Origin: an uncultured Acidobacteriota bacterium
Lineage (GTDB): Bacteria; Acidobacteriota; Vicinamibacteria; Vicinamibacterales; UBA8438
Direction: 5' to 3'
DNA length: 64,000 bases
NCBI GenBank assembly: GCA_913043225.1
Contig: CAJWLU010000003.1
Location: 176,665 to 240,664 of the forward strand
Shown here one piece after another: positions 39,824 through 48,850 of the stretch (positions are counted from its first letter, which is position 1; the number at the start of each line of letters is the position of its first letter). Position numbers and translations under genes: made by a program. The notes under the pieces are model-generated. The model saw only the letters and a program-made list of their open reading frames with translations, had not been told where the DNA came from and did not search any database.

Positions 39824-41137
39824 ATGTCATCGGCTTCGAGTCAGGATCTCATCGCGCGTCTTCGCGACCGGTCCGCACGGTTGGGGGTAATCGGCCTCGG
39901 CTATGTCGGTCTGCCGTTGGCGGTGGAGTTTGCCAAGGCTGGGTTCCAGACCGTTGGATTCGACGTCAAGGACGACAAGGTCCGCGGGATCCGGGACGGC
40001 GACACCTTCGGGTCGGACGTGGAGCCGGATGAGCTTCGGCGGGTGACGAGTTCCGGGCATCTCACAACGACGACCGATTTTGGACGTCTGCAGGAGCTCG
40101 ATAGCATCAATATCTGCGTGCCGACACCGCTCCGGAAGACCAAGGATCCCGACCTGTCGCATGTCATCTCCGCCGTGGAGAAGATTGCGAGCCGTCTGCA
40201 GGCGGGCCGGCTCGTCGTGCTGGAGTCGACCACGTATCCAGGTACGGTCGAAGAGGTGGTCCGCCCGTTGCTAGAACACAGCGGGCTGCGCGCCGGGGAC
40301 GACTTCTTTCTGGCATTTTCCCCAGAGCGGGTCGATCCAGGGAACCGGCAGTGGACCACGGCCAATATCCCGAAGGTGGTCGGGGGCGTGAACCAGGACT
40401 CTACTGCGGTGGCCAAGGTGCTCTACGAGCAGGTGGTCGACACGGTTGTACCGGTTTCCTCGCCCGGGGTTGCCGAGATGGTGAAGCTTCTCGAAAACAC
40501 CTTTCGCGCGGTCAATATCGCGCTCGTCAACGAGATCGCGCTCATGAGCCACGAGCTAGGGGTAGACGTCTGGGAGGTGATCGACGCGGCGAGCACCAAA
40601 CCGTTCGGGTTCATGCCGTTCTATCCGGGGCCGGGGCTCGGCGGACACTGTATTCCGATCGATCCCTACTACCTGAGCTGGAAGGCGCGGCAGACCGGGT
40701 TCGAGAGTCAGATTATCGAGCTGGCCGGACACATCAACTCGAGCATGCCGCGCTTCGTCGTCGACCGGGTGGTCGAGGCGCTGAGCTTCGCCCACAAGCC
40801 GCTCCGCGACTCGCGCATCCATCTGTTCGGGGTGGCCTACAAGCCAGACGTGGATGACGTGCGCGAGTCACCGGCTATCGACATTGCGCAGCTGTTGCAG
40901 CGTGGGGGAGCCGTGGTGTCGTACAGCGATCCCCACGTGTCCTCGGTGGTGCAAGGCAACGTGGTGCTGGAGGCGGTGGAGGTCGAGGCGGCGCTCGACG
41001 GCGGGTTCGACTGCGGTGTGATTACCACGAGCCACCGGGAATTCGACTACGGGCTGATTGTCGAGCGTGCTCCCCTGCTCGTGGATACCCGGAACGCGCT
41101 CAAGGGGCAGACTGGCAGTCACATCCACCGACTGTAG
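39824..41137 (+). CDS. Nucleotide-sugar 6-dehydrogenase (UDP-GlcNAc dehydrogenase type)
   Basis: GLGYVGLP, CVPTP, ESTTYPGT, SPERVDPGN, KLLEN, GGHCIPIDP, D.RESP. Confidence 0.92.
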   Translation: MSSASSQDLIARLRDRSARLGVIGLGYVGLPLAVEFAKAGFQTVGFDVKDDKVRGIRDGDTFGSDVEPDELRRVTSSGHLTTTTDFGRLQELDSINICVPTPLRKTKDPDLSHVISAVEKIASRLQAGRLVVLESTTYPGTVEEVVRPLLEHSGLRAGDDFFLAFSPERVDPGNRQWTTANIPKVVGGVNQDSTAVAKVLYEQVVDTVVPVSSPGVAEMVKLLENTFRAVNIALVNEIALMSHELGVDVWEVIDAASTKPFGFMPFYPGPGLGGHCIPIDPYYLSWKARQTGFESQIIELAGHINSSMPRFVVDRVVEALSFAHKPLRDSRIHLFGVAYKPDVDDVRESPAIDIAQLLQRGGAVVSYSDPHVSSVVQGNVVLEAVEVEAALDGGFDCGVITTSHREFDYGLIVERAPLLVDTRNALKGQTGSHIHRL

Positions 41138-41207
41138 CCCGCTGCTGACGGCCTGCGGGTAGAATGCCCCCGGCGTCCTTATCCGGGCGACTCGATAACG
41201 AAACACT

Positions 41208-42200
41208 ATGGCTAAGCGCGCAATCATCACCGGGATCACAGGCCAGGACGGGTCCTATCTTGCCGAGCTTCTGCTCGAGAAGGGGTACGAGGTCGTCGGC
41301 GTCACTCGTCGGCTGAGTGCGCCCAACCTCCAGCGTATTGAGCACCTGCGAGATCGGGTCGAACTGCGGCCCGCCGATCTGCTCGATCAGATGTCGCTGC
41401 TAAAGGTCATCGACGAGGTGCGTCCACACGAGTTCTACAACTTGGCGGCGATGTCGTTCGTCCCCGCGTCGTGGGACCAGCCCATGTTGACCGGTGAGTT
41501 CAACTCGCAGGGTGTGACGCGCGTGCTCGACGCGATCCGTCGGGTGGACACCGCGATCCGGTTCTACCAGGCGTCGTCGAGTGAGATGTACGGGAAGGTG
41601 CGTGAGACTCCGCAGACCGAAGATACCCCGTTCTATCCCCGAAGCCCGTATGGCGTCTCGAAGGTGTTCGCGCACTACATCACCGTGAACTACCGGGAGA
41701 GCTATGACCTGTTCGCCGTTTCAGGCATCCTCTTTAACCACGAGTCACCCAGGCGTGGGCTTGAGTTCGTGACACGGAAGGTCACCGAGGGGGTGGCCCG
41801 TATAAAGCTCGGTCTGACCGATAGTTTGGCGCTCGGCAACCTTGGCGCTCATCGCGATTGGGGGTTTGCCGGCGACTACGTCCGCGCGATGTGGTTGATG
41901 CTTCAGCAGGACGAGCCGGACGACTATGTGGTCGCGACCGGGGTGAGCCACTCGGTGCAGGACCTAGTGGAAACGGCGTTCTCGCACGTGGGACTCGACT
42001 GGCACGAACATGTCAAAACCGACCCCAGGTTCCTGCGGCCGGCTGAGGTCGACCATCTGATCGGGGACTCGAGCAAGGCTCGGGCCGCGCTCAACTGGGC
42101 GCCGTCAGTGGATTTCACCGGGCTCGTAGCGATGATGGTGGACGCCGATCTCGACCGGCTGCGCAACAATTCACCGACCCAACCGGTGTCGCCACCCTAA
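41208..42200 (+). CDS. gmd: GDP-mannose 4,6-dehydratase
   Basis: [49 protein letters not shown]. Confidence 0.95.
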   Translation: MAKRAIITGITGQDGSYLAELLLEKGYEVVGVTRRLSAPNLQRIEHLRDRVELRPADLLDQMSLLKVIDEVRPHEFYNLAAMSFVPASWDQPMLTGEFNSQGVTRVLDAIRRVDTAIRFYQASSSEMYGKVRETPQTEDTPFYPRSPYGVSKVFAHYITVNYRESYDLFAVSGILFNHESPRRGLEFVTRKVTEGVARIKLGLTDSLALGNLGAHRDWGFAGDYVRAMWLMLQQDEPDDYVVATGVSHSVQDLVETAFSHVGLDWHEHVKTDPRFLRPAEVDHLIGDSSKARAALNWAPSVDFTGLVAMMVDADLDRLRNNSPTQPVSPP

Positions 42201-42222
42201 CTCTTTCTCAGGTGAGCTGTTC

Positions 42223-43203
42223 GTGCCTAGGGTGCTGATTACGACCGTGCCGTTCGGTGAGGTCGACCCGATCTCGCTGCGTGTACTCGAAGACGCCGGT
42301 CTCGAGTACTTCCTGAACCCGATCGGCCGCCGCCTGACCGACGATGAGCTGGCGTCGCTGGTGCAGGGGTTCGACTGTCTCATCGCCGGCACCGAGCCGA
42401 TCACCGACCAGGTAATGGCGGCCGAACCGCGACTGCGGTTGATATCCCGGGTAGGGGTCGGCCTGGACAACGTCGATCTGACTGCGGCTCGGACCCGAGG
42501 CGTCGAGGTGTCCTACACGCCAGAGGGGCCCGCCGACGCGGTGGCGGAGCTCACTATCGGGCTTTCCCTGTCACTCCTCCGGAGTGTCCATATTGCCAAC
42601 CGGGCTATCCGTACCGGGGTCTGGAAGCGTATCCAGGGGCGTCGACTTGAGAAGGTGACGGTCGGGGTCGTCGGGGTGGGCCGGATTGGCACCCGGGTGA
42701 TCCGTCTGCTCTCGGCGTTCGGTGGCGAGATTCTGGCCAACGACCTCTCACCGGTCACGCTCGATCAGGCGGTCCGGTGGGTCGACAAGGAGACACTGTT
42801 CCGGGAGGCGGACGTCGTGACCCTCCACGTGCCGCTGACGCGTCACACCCGGAATCTGATTGGCGCTGATGAGCTCGAGGTGATGGGAGCCGAGACGCTG
42901 CTAGTCAACACCTGTCGGGGAGGCGTAGTCAACGAGGCCGCGCTCGCAGACGCGCTTCGTCGCGGTGTTATCGCCGGGGCTGCCGTCGACACCTTTGCCG
43001 AGGAGCCGTACCACGGTGAGCTCGTCGAGGTCGAGACCTGCCTGATCACGGCGCACATGGGGTCGATGTCGGCTGACTGCCGCCTGGCGATGGAGGTCGG
43101 TGCGGCCCGGAATGTCGTGGCGTTTCTCGCCGGCAAGCCGCTCGACGAGACAGTGCCAGACACTGAGTACGAGATGCGGGCCGCCGACGAGGAGGTCGGC
43201 TGA
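42223..43203 (+). CDS. D-isomer-specific 2-hydroxyacid dehydrogenase (phosphoglycerate dehydrogenase-like)
   Basis: ISRVGVGLDNVD, AVAEL, GVGRIG, LHVP, NTCRGG, HMGS. Confidence 0.88.
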   Translation: MPRVLITTVPFGEVDPISLRVLEDAGLEYFLNPIGRRLTDDELASLVQGFDCLIAGTEPITDQVMAAEPRLRLISRVGVGLDNVDLTAARTRGVEVSYTPEGPADAVAELTIGLSLSLLRSVHIANRAIRTGVWKRIQGRRLEKVTVGVVGVGRIGTRVIRLLSAFGGEILANDLSPVTLDQAVRWVDKETLFREADVVTLHVPLTRHTRNLIGADELEVMGAETLLVNTCRGGVVNEAALADALRRGVIAGAAVDTFAEEPYHGELVEVETCLITAHMGSMSADCRLAMEVGAARNVVAFLAGKPLDETVPDTEYEMRAADEEVG

Positions 43204-43204
43204 C

Positions 43205-44212
43205 ATGACCTCCGTGGCCCCTTCGTTCTGGCAGGACCGGCGGGTACTCGTGACCGGGGCCGGTGGATTCATCGGCAGTCACCTTGTCGAGGCGCTCGTC
43301 GCCAGTGGGGCTCGGGTGCGAGCCCTGGTGCGGTACACCTCGCGTGGCGACCTGGGCGCTTTGTCGGAGGTCGAGGCTACGGACCGGGACCGGGTCGATT
43401 TGGTGCACGGCGACCTCACCCGGGCCGATATTGTCGAGGCGGCGTTCGACGGGGTGACCGACGCGTTCCACCTCGGCGCTCTCATTGCGATCCCCTACTC
43501 CTACCAGAGCCCGGATGAGGCGGTGGCGGTTAACGTGGTGGGTACCCTGAACGTGCTCCAGGCGGCGCGCCGCGCCGGAGTGCGGCGGCTGGTCCATACC
43601 TCTACCAGCGAGGTGTATGGCACGGCGCTCCGCGTGCCGATCGATGAGACGCACCCGCTACAGGGGCAGTCTCCCTATTCGGCCAGCAAGATCGGCGCGG
43701 ACAAGCTGGCGGAAGCGTTTGCGCGGTCGTTCGACCTACCGGTCGTGACGGTGCGTCCATTCAATACCTTTGGGCCCCGCCAGTCGACCAGGGCGATAAT
43801 TCCGACCATCATTACCCAGCTGCTCAACGGACCCAGAGTCCGCCTTGGTAGTCTGCATCCCAGGCGAGACTTCACGTTTGTTACCGACACCGTGGCCGGT
43901 TTTCTCCGTGCCGCTGAAGTTGACGAGCTGTCTTGGCAGGAGATCAACCTCGGTACAGGCCGGGATGTCTCGATCGGCGAGCTACTGGATGCGATCGCTG
44001 GCCTGCTCGGCGTGACGCCGGTCGTGGAGACTGAACATGAGCGGGTCCGACCCACGAACAGCGAGGTCGACCGACTCTGCTCTTCGAATCAGCGGGCTCG
44101 GGAAGTTCTCGGCTGGCAACCTGAGCTCAGCCTCGAAGAGGGGCTGCGGCAGACAATCGACTGGGTGCGCGAACACCGGTCCTTCTATCTCACGGAGCGC
44201 TACCATCGCTGA
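43205..44212 (+). CDS. NDP-sugar 4,6-dehydratase (LegB-like extended SDR)
   Basis: GAGGFIGSH, HLGALIAIPYSY, HTSTSEVYGTA, QSPYSASKIGAD, RPFNTFGPRQS. Confidence 0.85.
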   Translation: MTSVAPSFWQDRRVLVTGAGGFIGSHLVEALVASGARVRALVRYTSRGDLGALSEVEATDRDRVDLVHGDLTRADIVEAAFDGVTDAFHLGALIAIPYSYQSPDEAVAVNVVGTLNVLQAARRAGVRRLVHTSTSEVYGTALRVPIDETHPLQGQSPYSASKIGADKLAEAFARSFDLPVVTVRPFNTFGPRQSTRAIIPTIITQLLNGPRVRLGSLHPRRDFTFVTDTVAGFLRAAEVDELSWQEINLGTGRDVSIGELLDAIAGLLGVTPVVETEHERVRPTNSEVDRLCSSNQRAREVLGWQPELSLEEGLRQTIDWVREHRSFYLTERYHR

Positions 44213-44240
44213 TCAGGGTGCGCCTGGGGTCCGACGGGCG

Positions 44241-44951
44241 GTGGTTCTGGCCGGCGGTCGGGGCACCCGGCTTTCGCCGCTAACCGTGGCTTTCCCCAAG
44301 CCGTTGGTGCCGATCGGCGACGTCCCGATTCTCGACATCCTGGTGCGACAGCTGGAGGCCGCCGGCGTCGAGCGGATCACGATGGCCGTGGGTCACCTGG
44401 CCGAGTTGATCATGGCCTACTTCAGCGGGGGGAATCGCGGGGTCTCGATCGACTACTCACGCGAAGACCAACCGCTTGGTACGGCCGGTCCGCTGACGCT
44501 CGTGCCCGATCTGGACGAGCGGTTCCTGGTGATGAACGGCGACGTGCTCTGTTCGATCGATTACAACGATATGGTCCGGCGGCATGTCGAGTCCGGCGCC
44601 TGCGCGACTGTGGCGGCCTACACCAAGCAGGTGCAAAGCGATCTCGGGGTGCTGGAAGTCGACGAGCGAGGTCAGCTGCTGGCCTATCACGAGAAGCCGA
44701 CCCAGACCGTCACGGTCAGCATGGGTATCTACGTGCTCGAACCCGAGGTGCTCGAACTGCTTGTACCCGGTGAGCGCTGTGACCTACCAGACCTGGTGTC
44801 CCGTATCCTCTCGGCCCGCAAGCCCTTGTACGTCTACCCGTTCGACGGGTACTGGCTGGACATCGGCCGGCCGGAGGATTACGCCCGGGCGGTCGCGGAG
44901 TTCGACGAACTGAGGCCCCATCTGCTTCCCGGTCGCGGGGAAACGACCTAA
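44241..44951 (+). CDS. Sugar-1-phosphate nucleotidyltransferase (start uncertain)
   Basis: VLAGGRGTRL.P.T...PKPL, PLGTAG, MNGD, EKP, WLDIG. Confidence 0.85.
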   Translation: MVLAGGRGTRLSPLTVAFPKPLVPIGDVPILDILVRQLEAAGVERITMAVGHLAELIMAYFSGGNRGVSIDYSREDQPLGTAGPLTLVPDLDERFLVMNGDVLCSIDYNDMVRRHVESGACATVAAYTKQVQSDLGVLEVDERGQLLAYHEKPTQTVTVSMGIYVLEPEVLELLVPGERCDLPDLVSRILSARKPLYVYPFDGYWLDIGRPEDYARAVAEFDELRPHLLPGRGETT

Positions 44952-45012
44952 ACTCAATCCTTGCCAACGAAATTCAGCTAGGTGAGGGCGGGGCGGCGTC
45001 CTGCCGTCCGGC

Positions 45013-45061
45013 TTGACTGTTTCTCTGTCTAGCCTATACTGTTCAGGTTCACTCCGTGAAC
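45013..45061 (+). promoter_or_regulatory. Putative promoter plus palindromic operator of the polysaccharide operon
   Basis: TTGACT-N16-TATACT followed by GTTCAC-TCC-GTGAAC (45047-45061). Confidence 0.55.
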
Positions 45062-45101
45062 GCTATCGTCGTAAGTATACATTTTATAATACGTTGCAGT
45101 T

Positions 45102-45806
45102 GTGATTGACGGGGACGGAGTCCCTCCGGTGGGGTCGCACGACCACCACACCTTGCGCCTGTTGTCTCGCATTGAGACTGGACAGCTGGTGACTCAGCGA
45201 TCCTTGTCCAAGGACCTGGGCATTGCGCTGGGGCTCACCAACCTGCTGATTCGCCGGGTAGCGAAGAAGGGGTGGGTGAAGGTCGTCAACATTCGACCAA
45301 ATCGCGTGAGGTATCTCATCACCCCCGCCGGGATGATCGAGAAGAGCCGGATCACGCGAGAGTATCTCGACAATACCGTGCGTCTCTACACCGAGACGCG
45401 CGAGCGGATCCGGGCCAGCCTGCAGGTCATCTCTCACGAGTGGTCGGATGCCGACTGCGCGGCAGCCGGGGTGGGAGACCGCAAGCCGGTCGTGTTCTAC
45501 GGGGCAGGCGAGGTGGCCGAGATCGGCTATGTCAGCATGCAGGGGACCGACTTGCGGCTGACCGGTGTGGTCGACGATCACCGCACCGGGACCTTCTTCG
45601 ACCTTCCGATCGACGAGCCGGCCGCGTTGCGGGCTGCGACCCTCAACGGCCGGTCGTTCGGACGGCTGGTCGTCATGACGTTTAAGCAGGCGCCACAGAT
45701 CCGCCTGCAACTGGAAGGGCTTGGATTCCCGATCGAGCGGGTGTGCTGGCTCCACCCGACCGCCGGACGTGACGGGACGCTGCCGTTGCCTAGGAGCACA
45801 TTGTGA
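45102..45806 (+). CDS. Winged-HTH regulator (EPS-associated MarR-like) with C-terminal Rossmann-like domain
   Basis: TQRSLSKDLGIALGLTN, KKGWVK, YLITPAG..EKSR; VVFYGAGEVAE. Confidence 0.85.
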   Translation: MIDGDGVPPVGSHDHHTLRLLSRIETGQLVTQRSLSKDLGIALGLTNLLIRRVAKKGWVKVVNIRPNRVRYLITPAGMIEKSRITREYLDNTVRLYTETRERIRASLQVISHEWSDADCAAAGVGDRKPVVFYGAGEVAEIGYVSMQGTDLRLTGVVDDHRTGTFFDLPIDEPAALRAATLNGRSFGRLVVMTFKQAPQIRLQLEGLGFPIERVCWLHPTAGRDGTLPLPRSTL

Positions 45807-46930
45807 TGAGTGAGGACACCGCAACTCCATTCCCGACCCTGCAGTACTGTCTCCGGTGCTGTCTTCCGGAGACATCGGAGGGACTCGAGTTCGACGAGCT
45901 CGGCATTTGCAAGGCCTGCCGCAGCTCCGAGATGAAGATGCACATCGACTGGGTGGCCCGTGAGGTCGAGCTCAGGAAGCTCCTCGACCACGCACGCGAG
46001 GAGGCCGGAACAAACTACGACTGTCTGGTGCCGATCAGCGGCGGCAAAGATAGCTGCTTCCAGCTGCACGTGCTCTGCAAGGTCTACGGGATAAAGCCGC
46101 TGACCACCACGTTCAGTCACACTTGGTGGACCGAAACCGGCTGGTGGAATTTGCAGAACTGCCTCCAGCAGTTCGATGTGGATCACGTCATGTTCACGCC
46201 GAACCGCAAGTTGGTGAACAATCTCGCGCGGCAGTCCCTTCCGCAGATCGGGGACTCCTGCTGGCATTGCCATGCCGGCGTTGGGGCTTGGCCGCTCCAG
46301 ACGGCTCGGATGTTCAAGATCCCGCTCATCATCTGGGGCGAATCAGCCGCGGAGTTCGGCAGCAAAGCCACCTACGAGGACCAGATCGAGTTCGATGAGG
46401 AGTACTACCTCAAGGTCTCGACCAAGGTGCATCCGGACAAGATGGTCAGCGACCAGGTGAGTCGGCGCGATCTTCGCCCGTTCCAGCTTCCGACTCGCGA
46501 GGAACTCCAGGCCGAAGGTGTGCATGGGATCCACTTGGGAGACTATCTCTTCTGGGATGGCGAGCGGCAGGTCGACTTCATCAAGCGCGAGTACGGCTGG
46601 CGCGAAGACCACGTTGAAGGGACCTACAAGCGTTACAAGAGCGTCGAGTGTCGCATGGCCGGTGTCCACGACTACGCCAAGTGGGTCAAGCGCGGTTTCG
46701 GCCGGGCGACCGACCACGTCAGCGTCGATGTCCGGAACGGCCTAATGAGCCGCGAGGAGGGGTTGGCGCTGGCGAAGCAGATCGATGCGGAGCGGCCTGG
46801 CGAGCTCGACTACTACCTCGGTATCACGGGCTATACCGAGGAGGAGTTCCTCGAGATTCTCGAGAGCCAGCGCCGGGGGGTGGCCGCCAGCCTGCCCAAG
46901 GTGCCGCGGCCGAAGACGGTGAAAGCGTGA
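45803..46930 (+). CDS. N-acetyl sugar amidotransferase (WbpG/PseA/WbuX family)
   Basis: YCLRC..P, G.CKAC, YDCLVPISGGKDS PP-loop, CWHCH, K.GFGRA, R.G.MSREE. Confidence 0.88.
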   Translation: MMSEDTATPFPTLQYCLRCCLPETSEGLEFDELGICKACRSSEMKMHIDWVAREVELRKLLDHAREEAGTNYDCLVPISGGKDSCFQLHVLCKVYGIKPLTTTFSHTWWTETGWWNLQNCLQQFDVDHVMFTPNRKLVNNLARQSLPQIGDSCWHCHAGVGAWPLQTARMFKIPLIIWGESAAEFGSKATYEDQIEFDEEYYLKVSTKVHPDKMVSDQVSRRDLRPFQLPTREELQAEGVHGIHLGDYLFWDGERQVDFIKREYGWREDHVEGTYKRYKSVECRMAGVHDYAKWVKRGFGRATDHVSVDVRNGLMSREEGLALAKQIDAERPGELDYYLGITGYTEEEFLEILESQRRGVAASLPKVPRPKTVKA

Positions 46931-48285
46931 CCGCGCCACGCCCGTCCGAATTGACCGCCAGTCAGAGCGTACGCGCCATGCGCGCGGGCGATCTCACTCC
47001 GACCGCGCTGCTTGAGGACTGCATCGCCCGCGTCGACGAGATCGAGGCGTCAGTCTCCGCCTGGGCGCGGTTCGAGCCCGAGGCAGCCCGCCGCGACGCG
47101 GCACGCCTGGATGAGGAACTAGCCGCGGGTACCCACACCGGGCGATTGCCCGGCATCCCGGTTGGGGTGAAGGATGTCTTCAACACGGCGGACCTGGGCA
47201 CCGAGATGGGGAGCCCGATCTGGCGCGGCTTTACGCCAGGCAACGACGCCCGGGTCGTGGCCCATCTGCGGTGGCAGGGCGCCGTTGTGCCAGGCAAGAC
47301 AGTCACTGCCGAATTTGCGGTCCACCACCCCGGACCGACCCGGAATCCCTACAGCTCCGATCACTCTCCGGGTACCTCATCGAGCGGTTCGGCGGCGGCG
47401 GTTGCTAGCCGGATGGTGCCGCTTGCGCTTGGCACCCAGACCGCTGGGTCGACGATCCGTCCCAGCAGCTACTGCGGGATCTACGGCTTCAAGCCGTCGT
47501 TCGGCGTGATCCCTCGCACCGGGATCCTGAAGACGCTCGACACGTTGGACCATGTGTCGCTGATGTCTCGGAGCATCGAGGATCTGCAATTGATGTTCGA
47601 CTGTTGCCGTGTCGAGGGCCCCAACCATCCCCACGTCCACGACCAGATCGATGGATGGGCTCCCGAGAGACTCTCGATGCCGCTCCGGGTGGCGCTGGTG
47701 CGGGGGCCGGTCTGGGACCGAGCGCAGCCCTACGCCCAGAACAAGCTGCTCGAGTTGGCGCACCAGTGGGCGGCGGATCCTGACGTGCGGCTGGATGAGG
47801 TCACCCTCCCGGAGGAGTTCATGGAGGGTCACGACCTGCACGAGCTCATCTATTCGAAGGCGTTGTCCTACTACTTCCAGCGAGAGTACACCGAGCATCC
47901 CGAGCTCGTCAGCGACCAGTTCCTGGAGATGGTTGAACGGGGCCGGCAGGTCAGCGCCGGTATGTATCAGGAGGGGCTCGCCCGCCAGCGGCGGCTCGGG
48001 CATGCGCTCGACCAGGTCTTCGATCGGCACGACGTCATCCTCAATTTGTCGACCGCCGGGGTGGCGCCCGAAGGGCTTGATGGGCGAGACGGTGAGGACT
48101 GCTGTCTCATTTGGACGCTGTGCCACGCGCCGGCCATGTCGCTGCCGGTGTTCACCGGTCCAGGCGGGTTGCCCTTTGGCGCACAGCTCGTTGGGCGCCG
48201 TTATGGGGATCCGGCACTGCTATGGATCGCCGAGACGCTGCAGGCCAAGGGGTTGGTGCGCGAGTGGATGCCGAGGCCTTTATGA
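46927..48285 (+). CDS. Amidase-signature (GatA-like) amidase
   Basis: GVKD, PGTSSSGSAAAVA, GTQTAGSTIRP..YCG..GFKPS; GTGA overlap with the amidotransferase. Confidence 0.88.
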   Translation: MTAPRPSELTASQSVRAMRAGDLTPTALLEDCIARVDEIEASVSAWARFEPEAARRDAARLDEELAAGTHTGRLPGIPVGVKDVFNTADLGTEMGSPIWRGFTPGNDARVVAHLRWQGAVVPGKTVTAEFAVHHPGPTRNPYSSDHSPGTSSSGSAAAVASRMVPLALGTQTAGSTIRPSSYCGIYGFKPSFGVIPRTGILKTLDTLDHVSLMSRSIEDLQLMFDCCRVEGPNHPHVHDQIDGWAPERLSMPLRVALVRGPVWDRAQPYAQNKLLELAHQWAADPDVRLDEVTLPEEFMEGHDLHELIYSKALSYYFQREYTEHPELVSDQFLEMVERGRQVSAGMYQEGLARQRRLGHALDQVFDRHDVILNLSTAGVAPEGLDGRDGEDCCLIWTLCHAPAMSLPVFTGPGGLPFGAQLVGRRYGDPALLWIAETLQAKGLVREWMPRPL

Positions 48286-48307
48286 CCCTACATGATGGAT
48301 GGTGGCG

Positions 48308-48850
48308 ATGATCTGGTTCTCAGAAGGTGAACGCATCGGGTTGCGGGCGCTTCGCGCCGACGATGTCCCTCGGTGGACCCAGTGGTTCAACGACCCGGCG
48401 GTCACCGCCGATCTGAACAAGGGGCTCTATCCGAACACCGAGGCGTCGCAGGCGGAGTTCTTCGAGCGTATTCACGCGAGCCGTCACGATGTCCTGCTCG
48501 GTATCGCGGCGCTGAGGATCCCGGCTGGCGAGTTGGTGGGCGTGATTGGACTGCATCACATCGATTGGGTGCACCGACGGGCCGATATCAGCATCGTGAT
48601 CGGCGAAGCGTCGTCCCACGGGCAGGGATTCGGTACCGAGGCGATCCGGCTGATCACCGCACACGCGTTTGACACGCTCAATCTCCACAAGGTCACGGCG
48701 GGCATGTGGGCGACGAACCTCGGCTCCCGCCGAGCGTTCGAGAAGGCCGGCTTCGTCCTCGAAGCGACCATCCGCCAGAGCTACTGGCATCGGGATCGCT
48801 ATGTGGACGAGTGGCGGCTGGGGTTGCTCGCCGAGGAGTGGCGCGGGTGA
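48308..48850 (+). CDS. GNAT N-acetyltransferase (RimL/PseH-like)
   Basis: I.IGE....GQGFGTEA, AF..LNLHKV, N..S.RAFEKAGF. Confidence 0.85.
   Translation: MIWFSEGERIGLRALRADDVPRWTQWFNDPAVTADLNKGLYPNTEASQAEFFERIHASRHDVLLGIAALRIPAGELVGVIGLHHIDWVHRRADISIVIGEASSHGQGFGTEAIRLITAHAFDTLNLHKVTAGMWATNLGSRRAFEKAGFVLEATIRQSYWHRDRYVDEWRLGLLAEEWRG

Noticed and set aside
44037..44240. N-terminal extension or frameshift fusion of the nucleotidyltransferase
   Set aside because: Overlaps the upstream dehydratase; homology starts only at RAVVLAGG, so it is treated as an uncertain start
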